Source: Cladosporium halotolerans
Taxonomy: Eukaryota
Assembly: GCF_011745625.1 (NCBI RefSeq)
Contig: NW_027191483.1
Location: 186,001-250,000 of the forward strand
Length of the DNA: 64,000 nt
Direction: 5' to 3'
Part shown: positions 36,603-48,000 of the stretch, in pieces
Layout: each line of letters begins with the position of its first letter
Numbering within the stretch: position 1 is the stretch's first letter
Notes under the pieces: model-generated
Database searches by the model: none
What the model was told of the DNA's origin: nothing
The model's input: the letters and a program-made list of their open reading frames with translations, nothing else
Position numbers and translations under genes: made by a program

Positions 36603-38065
36603 CTAACCCCTCTGCGTCCTCTTCTTCGTCATCTTCCTGTTCTCCTGCTCCTTCTCCTTCTGCAGGAACTTGCGCTGCTCCTCGGCGCTCATCTTGCCCA
36701 GCCGGCGATCGCGCTCCTCCTTCTTGAGCTTCTCGGCCGCGACGCGGCGCTCCTCGGCCTTCTCCTCGTCGTCCAACTTGCGCAGCTTGCGCGCCTCTTC
36801 CTCGCGCGTCGCGCGCACCTTGCGCAGCGCTTCGGGCCGGAAGTGCGCGGTGCTGACGAGGTGGTCGGGCAGGCGCAGGAAGGTCGCGAACAGCGAGGTC
36901 GAGGCGGGCTTGGGGTTCAGGCGCATGGAGAGGTAGATGCGTTTGCGGGGGACGAGGTCGTCGAGTCTGTGGGGGGAGGGTCAGTGAAGGGTTCGGGTGT
37001 TTTCGGGGCATGGTGGGGTATGCGTACTTTTTGGGGGCGTCGATGGGCTGGTCGGTGATGATCAGAGCCTCGAGGTCCTCGCCGGCGTCGGTGACGGCCT
37101 TGATGAGGTCGGGCGTGAGCATGGCCTCGGTCACTTCGGCGCTCTCGCTCATGACGGTGGCCCACTGGGGCAGCTTCGGGTGGTCCTTGGTCGAGGTCAG
37201 GGAGATGTCGTAGCGCTCGTCTCTGAGCGTGCGCATCTTGTCCTTGTGCACGATCGCCCAGACGAAGCCGTCGTACGTAGAGTCCTTGCTAGCCGGCGCC
37301 ATGGGAAGGAGCGTCTTCTCCTTGCCGTCGAAGCAGTACGCGGTGGCCTCGACCCTCTCCGCGGGCGCGGGGAAGCTCTCGGTGAAGAAGGAGGTGGCCA
37401 GCTCGCCGAACCACGCCAGCGGGTTGTTGCGCTTGTACAGCGAGATGCGGATGTCCAGCCAGGCGACGTTCTGGCGGCCCGTCGCGTACGCGACGTACTC
37501 GCTCTTGCTCTTCTCCTTCAGCAGGTCGGCGGGCACGTCGGTGCTGCCGGTGACTGCTTGCGCGATGCCGTCCTGCTTGACGTCGCCGACACGGAGGCTC
37601 TTGCGGCCGCCGAAGCCGACGCTGGCGAACTCGCTGTCGAGCATGGGCAGGTAGGTCGAGGCCCATTTCTTCGCGCGCGAGCGGTTGGCGCGCGTGCCGA
37701 CGATGTTGACCAGCACGATCACGAGGATGATCGGGATGATGAAGAGCTCCTGGTAGAAGTCGGCGAGCGAGGTGCGCTCCCACACGCGGTACCACGCGGT
37801 GTATGGGCGGCCCTCATTGGAGTAGTAGACTGAGGGAGATCCGGTCGTTGATGCGGCCGCCGCCGCTCCGGAAGAGAGGGAGGAAGCTGCGTGCGAGGGC
37901 GCCAGCGGGGAGGCTGCGGTTGCGAAGTCGGCGAAGTCTATCCGGTGTCAGTAACGATGTCTCTCTCAGTGGCCGTTACTGCCGGGTGTTTTTACCGGCG
38001 TCGCTGGGCGCAGCGGAGGAGGCGGGAGAACCGCCTCCGAAGAGGACCTTCGCAATGGCCGCCAT
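36603..38065 (-). CDS. CCDC47 / DUF1682 ER membrane protein (PAT complex subunit)
   Basis: Introns 37938-37995 and 36967-37027. DFADFA, RPYTAWYRVWER, a TM helix, EFASVGF, YATGRQN, FVWAIVHKDKM, ITDQP, and a C-terminal coiled coil ending MSAEEQRKFLQKE. Confidence 0.88.
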
Positions 38066-39025
38066 GTTGCTCGGTTGACTGCTGCAGACGTGCGGGTGCA
38101 GAGAGGCAACGTGGGGAGAAGAATTGAGGAGACGCAGGGTGAGGTCAAAGCTGGAGCTTGCCGGGCCACCTTGCAGTCGCCGAACGGGTGGAGCAACTTC
38201 TGGGGCTGGAACCTTCGCTCGCGTGCTGCGGTCGGTCCTTAGCGATGGTCTAGATAGGCGAAGACTCGGGAGGATGGGAGAATGGTAAGAATGCCGCCTC
38301 TTCAGAAATAATGTCGAGCAGTCTGCATTGTTCCGTATTTCAACCATTCAATGGTGTCGGTGTCCAATAGCCGTCTGGAGTTGAGGAGAAAAGCCAATTG
38401 CACGCACGAACAGGGCAACACCAACATTCGAGCATGGTAATCGATCGTATGGTGCGCAACTTGCACTGCTTTTGAAAGCAAAGCGAACAACCACTTATGA
38501 TGATTGAACGAAAGTTTACCTACCATACTACATGTATCTGTAGTTGGCCGCTTCTGACTCTATTCAGCGATGGGCGTCCAAGTTCATGGGAGGTTCACAG
38601 GCAGTGCGTATTGAGATAACCGGGCGGACATCTGTACTCCACTCGGTAGGCAATGATGACAGATAGTATCACAAACGACGGTGAATCACGCAATGGAGTC
38701 GGAAACAATGTCATAAGATTCCATCTGCATTCTCAACGGCTATCCTGCGTATCGTGTATACATGCAAAAATCGCGGCCGCTCGCCTCGCAGGCGCTATTC
38801 CAAAAGTTCCATTCGTTCCAAAGAGATACAATAGCATAATCGACAACCATGACGAAGGGCTCCGCGTCTAAGCCAGCATCGCAGGAGCCAGTCTAAATGC
38901 CGTTTAAAAGAAACGATGAGCCATTTCTATGCACATCGCCGAGCGCTATGCGTCACCGTCATGCTGCGGCTCGGCTCCTCAAGTGGAACCTCTTTCCGAA
39001 ATCAGAGCAGAGACTGTCTGCCCGC

Positions 39026-40646
39026 TTACTCGCGCTTGAGCTCGCGGAACATGTCCCTGAGCTCGTCGGAGATGAGGTCCTCGACCTTGTCGGTCAGCTC
39101 GGCGACCTTGTGCGCGAGCTCGTCGCCCTCGGAGTAGAGCTTCTCGCCGGCGGCCTTGGCCTCGGACTCGACCTCCTCGAGCACGGAGGCGCGGCGGGAA
39201 GCCTCGTAGCCGCCCTTCTCGATGATGGCGCTGTAGTTAGACTCGCCACCGCCGTTCCAGGCGAGGATGTTGGCGGTGTTGCTGGGGACGTCGGTCAGGG
39301 CGCCCTCGGTAGCGATGGAGATCAGGTTGGCCTTGAGCTTCTTAGGGGTGATGTCCGCGACGGCGAAGGCGGAGTCCTTGGAGGGCTGGAGGGAGAGCAG
39401 GTAGGCGAGGAGACCGGCGACGTGGGGGGAGGCCATCGAGGTGCCGGAGATGGTGTTGACGGCGTACTTGCTGCCGATCCAGGTGGACTGGATGTTGAGA
39501 CCCGGGGCGAAGATGTCGTTGCACTTGCCGTAGTTGGAGAAGTAGGCACGCTCGTCGGCGAGAGTGGAGGCACCGACGGTGACGGCCTTCTCGGCAGCAG
39601 CAGGAGAGTAGTTGCAAGAGTCAGCGTTGTCGTTGCCGGCGGCAACAGCGAAGTGGATACCGGCATCGACAGCAGCGTTGACAGCCTGGTCGAGGATGGA
39701 GGACTTGCCGCCGCCCAAGCTCATGTTGGCAGTGGAGCCCTTGAAGCCCTTTCTCTTGCCCTTCTTAGCGATGCTGACCTGCTCGGAGTGAGCTTCGGCG
39801 GCGTACTCGACACCCTTGACAACGTCGGACATGGAGCCAGAGCCGTTGGAGCGGAGGACCTTGACGGCCTTGACGTGCGCCTTCTTGGCAACGCCGTACT
39901 TCTTGCCAGCGACAGTGCCAGAGCAGTGTGTACCGTGTCCGTTTCCATCCTCATCGGCGTCGCCCTGGGGAATGGTCTTGCCCCAGGATGCGCGGCCCTC
40001 GAAGTCGACGTGCTCGACGTTGGTGCCAGTGTCGACAACGTAGACGTCGACACCCTCACCGCCCTCCTCAGTGTACAGGTACTTGTTGAAGGTGCCGAAG
40101 CTCAGGCTGTCACGGTGGGAGATACGGGCAAGACCCCAGGGGGCGTTCTTCTCGACCTCAGCGTCGGACTTCAGTGCGTGGACCTCCTGGTCTCTCTCAA
40201 TGAGCGCGACCTGTATGGTGATGGCTGGTTAGCTGAGTTCAACGGTTGCCGAGGCTCGCTTGGAGCGGACTTACGTCAGGGTGTCTACGGATCTGCTCAA
40301 TGACATCCTCGTCGAAGTGGCCGGAGTAGCCCATCAGGCTACCGGCGATGTTGTAGGTGTGCTTCAGACCGCTGAAGATGTCATCGACCATCGGGGTCTG
40401 AGAGCGCTTGCGGAGCTCGGTCTTCGCAGCCTGAGCCTGCTCGTGCAGGCCCTGGACCCAGCCGTGGTGCTCGGCAGCCAGGTTGTGGGTGACATGGTCC
40501 TTGAAGACGATCATGTAGTTGTCCGCAATCTCCTTCGCGTTGGACGCTGAGAGGATGGGAGCGGCGTCATTGTGGATGCTGCTCACCAGCACGGGCGAGG
40601 CAGCCGCCAGTGAGGCCAGCGAGAGGCCGGCGATGGCGCCACGCAT
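39026..40646 (-). CDS. PRB1: Vacuolar subtilisin-like serine protease (proteinase B / Alp2 / PepC type)
   Basis: Signal peptide and I9 propeptide, intron 40211-40274. Catalytic triad YVVDTG, GNGHGTHCSGT, SGTSMASPH; also APWGLARISHR and AAGNDN. Confidence 0.95.
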
Positions 40647-40876
40647 TATGGGGAATGTGCAAGTGAGGTGGTGCGAGACAAACAAACAGTATGTAGGGAT
40701 GGGGCAATGGAGCGGATGAGGCGATGGAGGTGATGGGGATGAAGAGGGAGGAAGGGTGGTGTGCGAGTGAAGGTCAAGGTCGTCGGCGACTGATAAGACA
40801 GTGGCAGGCGGCAGGGCGTCGCGTGATACGGCAGCCAGCTCACGCACATGACGATGACGACGGCGCCTCCGTTTCC

Positions 40877-40904
40877 GGGCGACGGGCGACGGGCGACGGG
40901 CGAT
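40877..40904 (+). repeat. (GGGCGAC)x4 heptamer tandem repeat upstream of the protease gene
   Basis: gggcgac gggcgac gggcgac gggcgat read directly. Confidence 0.85.
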
Positions 40905-42093
40905 GGGGCTTGGCCGGCGAGAAGCTGGGGAGAGCTCGAGCTTGGAGCACCCTGATAACAGGCGTTGCGGTGTTGAGCCGCGGCAATTGAGCGATTCGCT
41001 CTTTTATACCCATATTGCTTGATGAGAAACATGCTCACTGTCAGCTACTATATCTCGCGACCCCCCTCTGATTTTGTGCATAACCTCAGCATGCCAGACG
41101 GCCTCATAGACAGTCTCGACTCGCCCGGAGCACTTAGCCGCTGCTTGAAGCAGGTACCAGCAGGTACCCTCGGAATGCTCAACGGTCCGCACCGATCGGA
41201 GCGCCACACCGACTGAGTCACAATAGTCATGGCACGCTGGCTGCGGAGGCAGCTGGGCCGAGTTCAAAGGCCGGATGCTTGGAGGGCAGTGATTCAGGAG
41301 ATAGAGACGCAGAGCCACTGTCCCGACATCTGGGGCGTTTGTGAACCATTGAGAAGTAGAGTGAGAACCGTCGATCGGACAGATCTCATCCGCAAAGATA
41401 AGGCCCAGCCGTACAACTACCCGCCTGGTACATCGCTCCCTTGGCTCCGAGGTCAAACAAGTCGCGGACAGAGGTTCGCCTATCAAGGCATCACCGAGAG
41501 CCAGACTTGCACCATCTCAGACCCTGGGATCTCTCAGATGGATATCTGCTATGCTGCTGTGATACTGCTCCCGCGCATGATGCCCATATAGCCACGCAAC
41601 AGATATAAGCGCTACCTGAGGTAGGTAGGTGAATGCACCTATTCCAAGTCACGCTCACGACGCTGCACCGCCTCAGGCGCGGGTGCGGCGCGCGTCTCGC
41701 GCCGCGCTTCCGTCATCGAGGGTCAGTGCAGCCTCTCGAAAGCACCGCCTGACGCCCATGGATGCTCCAGTGTTTCACTCGCACTGCGAAGGCAAGGAGA
41801 CCGCCACAGAAAATCAGGTTTGCAATATTGTAACTGCCCTCTCCCGGCACGACGTCCAGCGCACCGCATAAATCCGCTCCGGCAAGAGTGGCTCAGCCCG
41901 AAGCAGGCAACAGCTAACCTCACTCCTCCATACCTGGATCTTGGCGCCCCGCCAAGCTGAGCCGCCTCTGCTACATCGAGTAGCTGTGCACCTGAGCAAC
42001 CCGTAGCGCTGGACAGCACCCTGAGACATGCCTTGCTTTTGAGCAGAACGAGCAAGAGATGCTCGCCTGCTTTAGCCAGACCTGATCAACGAC

Positions 42094-45000
42094 ATGGCCT
42101 TGACCGCTGGCCAAATCCGTCGACCCAGGTCATCTACCTCCGCATCGAGAGGCTTGAATGCTGACGAACGGAGTTCAAATGTTGCCGAACTGTGTCGAGA
42201 CCTCATCGCAGTATCGCCCATAGCAGACGATGAGGGTTGCCGAAAGATCGTGACCATTGCCGGCAGTCTCAAGCCGGCACTCGCGGACAGTTCCGCTACC
42301 AAAGATGTATTCAGACGAGGTGGCGGACTAGGCGCTGTCCTCCAAGCTACCAAGGAACTTTGTCAACCATCCACTGAAGTAGTTGCCTTCGGCAAGCTAC
42401 CTACCGCTCAGGCTGTGGCAAGCCTGCTTGCGATTTTGTCAACCGCGTTCAGCGGACACCGCGGGAATCAACGTTACTTCACCGATCGTCTAGATGGCTG
42501 GCCTATACTTCAAAAAAGTCTGCTGGCCTTTTTCGACGCTACACTCGACCACGACAACCACGAAGATCGACTTCATGTTGTGATGACTATCCTTCTGGGG
42601 ATTCTCCAACTCGCATTTGGCGAAGACGACGGTGATCGTTTGGCCAGCGAATTCGACCAACGGCGAGAACAATTTACATCACAAGACACCACCGCCGAGC
42701 AGATAGCCACTGGCTTGGTCAAAGGGCACGAGGTCATTGCTCAGCCTCAAGCGTGCTCTCTAGCAATTCGACTGTCTTTTTGCGTGTTTAAGCATGCAGC
42801 GATTGGCTCCAGTACTTGGCTACTCGGACTTGCTAGGAACGTACTTTCACTGCTCAATCTTCTCAGCTGCCTATGCCTGCGCAACAAATACACGCTATGG
42901 GAGACAGGCATCAGCTCGCACCTTCTTCTGCTCTGGTTGGATCGAAGCGCGCCCGAGCCGTGCCGTCAAGAAGCAATTGAATTTCTACAGATATTCAAGG
43001 GCTTTGGACTGAGCAACCTTGATGATGCCGCCCTTCTCTTCCGACGTGCCTGCGATTCTGATGATGCACGCTCGCTTTTGCTGAGCACCTTGCAAGCCTC
43101 AAAAGCACCCGCTGTTATTCAATTCGACTTGTCGCAGTCCGGCCATTCTTCAGTCGAATTGAAGAGTCTTCCGCGACCGTTCCCCCCTACCACTGGTTAC
43201 TCTTTGACTGCTTGGTTCCGCTTTGACAAGTTTGACTCACATACGCATACAACCCTCTTTGGAGCCTTCGACGAGAACCAGACCTGCTTTCTGCTGGCTT
43301 ATCTTGAGAAGGACAGCCGCTCTCTGATTCTGCAAACTTCGATTCGAGCGCCTAGACCTAGCGTGCGATTCAAATCTACTAGATTTGCTGCCGGAAGGTG
43401 GTACCACATCGCGATTGTGCACCGGCGAGCAACAGCAGACCCACGGCACAGCCCAGTCATGCTTTTCGTAGACGGTGAATTCGCCGAACAAGTCAAGATC
43501 GGATATCCTGAAACCCCGATGTCTGAGGAATCGAGCCCCCGAGAATTGCCTATGAGAAGCGCTGGACGTCAAGCACGATCAGTTCAAGCGTTCTTTGGAA
43601 CTCCAGCGGATCTGTCGGCTCGTCTTGGGCGCAATCAGCTTAAAGAGCGATGGTCTTTGGCGAGTGCCCATCTGTATTCAATTCCGCTCACTGATGAGCT
43701 TGTTGCCGTTCACCACAAGCTGGGCCCCAGATACTACGGAAACATGCAGGACTGTCTCGGGCCGCTACTGACGTACCAAGCATCCGCCGAGCTGAACCGC
43801 TACAACGAACTCTTACACCCTGACAGGTCGGAGAAATCTGAAATCGTGACAGCGACTGAAGGCCGCGGCAGCGACGTCATGCCCGAGTCGAAGCTGCTCC
43901 TCAGCGTGTCACCAATGGCCGTCCTTCACCCAGACGCCTCGAACGTCAAAAGTCTAGTCGCACAGTATGGACTTGACAAGCGATCCAGACAACGCTATGA
44001 AGATCTCGTAAAAGCAGGAGAGGCTGTCGCGATCAACACGGCCATCCCCACGATCAGTGAGGCACTTGGTAGAGCGTACGGCTGCGCGGTGATGAAAGGG
44101 AACCCGGTCGTCGTTCTTCCCCGAGCACTTGATGACACGGCGTGGTGCCTATCCGGCTGCTTGCCTTTGCTGCTCAAGCTTGTCGAATCGGCCATGACCA
44201 AGGCTGCTTTCCTGCAAGCGGCTGAGATATTCTTCGAGTGCGTCAAAGACAGCTGGAGGGTCAGCGAAGCCATGGAAAAGGGAAATGGTTTCGGTATTCT
44301 GGCACTCATCATTCGAGAAAAGCTCGGTTTTGAATCCGGGGCGTCGGCCAGCCACGTCACTTCGCGAAAGCCATCTGCCGTACTCCCACTCGAGGATCGT
44401 CAGGCTCTTCCGCTGGAGCTTTTGCGGCTGATCCTGAAGTTTGTCGGGTATGATCAGAGAGCACCAGAGAACTCCATCATCGTCAACCCGATGGGCTACC
44501 GAGTCTTACTTGTAGACTTCGACACCTGGAGGAGGTGTGATGCCGAGACCCAGAAACTTTACTACGATCAATTTGTGCATTTCGTGGGGCAGAACAAGCA
44601 CCACGGCTTCAACCAAAAGAGATTCGCCCGGATGCGGGTCCTCAAGAAGCTGATGGAGGGACTGAAGGTCGAGGATGTACCGCAAGACTGCGTCGATCCG
44701 CTTCTCAAGTCATTGAGGGCTCTTGTAGACACTGGATCTGCTCACAATTCGTTCAAGGATCTAGCCATGTTCATCGCTTTCGGGCTCCATGATGAAAGGG
44801 CTCAACAGACGCGCTCGATCAAGAGCATTGCGAGTGCGGTGAAAGTCCGGCAACGAGCGCTGTCTTGGGCACGCAGAGGCTCGTCCAGACCGAGCACTCC
44901 AGGAGGACCGCCTGCGGTGCCCCAGAGGCCTTGCGTCTCGCGGTCAGAGCTTGCTGTCCATATGCTGGAGCTGCTGACCGATGTACTCTCTGACGATCGT

Positions 45001-48000
45001 ACTCCCACGGCAGCCAAGCGGTTCATCAGAGCAATTCCAACTCGCTGGCTATCACACATGCTGTCGGAGCCCGACGTCCGCGTCGTGGTCTTCACAAGTC
45101 GCATCATATGCAGGTGTCTCAGCACTCTTGGGTCTGACTTCAAGGCTTCATTCGTCGATAAGAACGGCGGTTTCGTTACCTTGAAGGCCCGCTTGAAAGC
45201 GTACTGGAGGAACTCTTCATTATGGGTCCTCGCGTTCGCAATGCTGTTCGGACGCAACGTACTTACCAGCGCTCTGGGTCCGCAGCCATTGACTGTCTTT
45301 GGCCTCATCGAGACGCTGCAGGTGAATGACAGCCTGCGCGTCGTTCACCCGGAGATGCTCCAGCCGATAATGAACATGCTTGAGGCTGCTTTGAGGGACG
45401 TCGTCAAAACCGACGAGCCTGCCGAGGCGGATGCGAAACTGGTCAAGACAATCATACAGTTCCTCACCGAGCTGTACGCGCGAAGTGCGGGCTTCCGCGA
45501 CTTTGCGGCAACCTCGCGCTATGTTCAAGAGATTCTATTCGTCCTCTACCCAGTGATTGTGGGCTCCGATAGGCTCTCGGCAGCCACGGAGTATCAAGCG
45601 GAGAAAGACTCTCTATCATTTAAGGGTGAGGAGGTAGTCATGCGGCCGCACTCCAATTCCTTGGGCGAGAGACCGCCGTCTGTCCGAAGTCTGCAGATGG
45701 AAGGCGAGAAACGGCCCGCATCGCCCACTAAGCGTGTAGCTGCTCCCAGACGCCTGTCGTCCTTCGTGCTGGTCAACGAAGGAGCTCGCAAACCCTCCAC
45801 TCCCAAAGCGCGCTTCAATCCTACCATGGCGCCAAAGACGGCGGAGCCTGTGAAGCTGAACGTCGGGAACTCACTTGTGGAGTCTCTGCTGGAGGTGTGC
45901 GTGAGTATGTTCCTGGATCTCATCTGCAACAAGAAAGAGTTCAATGGGCTGGGGCTGTTTTTGAAGGTCCCGCCTGGCTTCCGTGAACACCAGGCTTATT
46001 TCGAATCTTACATTCTCGTGCACACGCTATCGCAGATGTGGAATCACTTGCAGCTAGACCAGGCGCTGTTGCAGGAGACGAGGGTCTTGACCAATTTGGG
46101 CAGATTTTGTCTGCATATGGCGGAAGCGGTGTTTGAGGGCTGGTTCATCAATGGCGCTCAACCTGTCATCGACTTCATTGGCAAGGTCCTGGATTACTTG
46201 CAGCAGCCTGATATCGCGGCTATCAAGAGTGTGCGCCTCTGTGCGCAAGCCACCAACACGATGCGCATCGTGTTCCTCAGGGTCATGCTGCTGCGACTTT
46301 CGGAACTTGATGAGTCGATTGACGAGCTTGAAGCGATCACTTTCCTGGATCAGATGAACTACTGGCAGACCATTCTGTTCTCCACAGAGAACCAGGAAAC
46401 CCCTTTCATTCGACTGATCTGCTACCTACTGTACATGAAGCTCACTACACCTGTTCGGTCTGTCCGATTTGCTGCGGCTCGCTTGTGGCGTACTATGCTC
46501 ATGCAGAAACCGACCGAGACCGCAACTCTTCTCACGTACGCGATGGGCTCCGAGCAGCGACATCTGTCCACGGGCTTCATGAAATTGGTTTCACTTGACG
46601 ATGAAGATTTCATCCTTTGGGTCGACGAGAACCGCAAAAGCCTCGATGCCATCTTCATCGACACGCTGGCCAAGCCATGGGATGATTTCGTGAGCGATGA
46701 AAACCGCCGCAATGAGGAGTCCGCCAAAGCGCGTCTGAGCAAGAGGAAAGAGAAACTGCGCCAGTGGCAGGCCGAGGAGACCAGCGTAGACGACTTCCTT
46801 CAGCACTACGAGACTTCCACGAACCACTGGCGCGCGAACGTGCACGCCCAGGAGAAGCTGAAGCTGCAAAGATCGATGCAGGACCACCAGGAGACCGTGC
46901 ATCTCGTCTTTACAGTCTTCGCTCGCCTGGAGCACTTGATGCGGCAGCCCTGCGGGCTCGACGCCGAAGCGGAGACGACCAAGTGGCAGCTCGACGAGAC
47001 CGAGGGCGCCAACCGCATGCGTATGCGCACGCTGCCTGACTTGTCGCCGAACAAGGAAATCTATCAATCGAAGAGGAAGTTCTCCGAACGCCACACGACC
47101 GCCAAGCTAGCCCTTGACACACAGGTCCCTCCTAACATGAAGGACAACATCGTATCTGCGACGCCTTACACTCCGGTCGGTGACGGGATGGACGGGGCAC
47201 AAGAGCAGACCGGCGAGAGCCGATCGCGCGGCGACTCCATCTCCAATTCCCAACTACTTGAAGGCGGTTTCGAGATGGTCGACGATCCCCAAGAGGGTGA
47301 AGACGGCGTCATCGAGGACAAGAACCGGAAAGTCATGACGAGCTTGCAGCGCGGCGACATGGTGCAGCAGCTCTACAACGTCTCGCGGATCGTCGGACTG
47401 GAGGCGTGCGAGGGGCTTTTGGTCATCGGCAAGAAGTGTCTGTACCTCCAGGACAACTTCTTCCAGCGGTCGGACGGCGAGATTGTCAGTGTCTCGCAGG
47501 CGCCTGAGGATGAAAGGGACCCGTACGTGCAGCTCATCTCGGGCAAAGACGTTGGTTCGCAGCGGAGCAAGATCAGTATTGGCGACCAAGCGAGCCGCAA
47601 TTGGACTTGGACGGAGGTTCTGAGCGTTTCGAAGAGACGCTTCCTTTTCCGCGACGTCTCCCTGGAGGTCTTCTTTACGGACGGCAGGAGCTATCTCTTG
47701 ACTTGCATTGCGACCAATAAGAGAGACGAGCTGTACAATGCTATAATCAGCCGAGCACCGCATGTCCACAGTGCTACTACCGTCGCAAGCGAGGACGCCT
47801 GGCGCCTTGACAATTTGCGCAATCCGGAAGAGACGCCTCAGTCGCTTGGCTCGAGGTTTGCGAACGTCTTGAAAGGTGGCACAGGACACGCTGCTACCAA
47901 GAAGTGGATCAAGGGCGACATGTCGAATTTTCAGTACTTGATGCTGATCAACACGATGGCTGGGAGATCTTTCAACGACCTGACGCAGTATCCTGTTTTC

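Noticed and set aside
36430..37833. 451-aa minus ORF running past the CCDC47 intron, and a 278-aa plus-strand antisense ORF
   Set aside because: The canonical intron 36967-37027 restores the conserved C-terminus. The read-through and antisense frames are low-complexity GC artefacts.
38897..40303. 468-aa plus-strand ORF antisense to the vacuolar protease
   Set aside because: Shadow ORF caused by strong C-ending codon bias of a highly expressed gene. It has no motifs.
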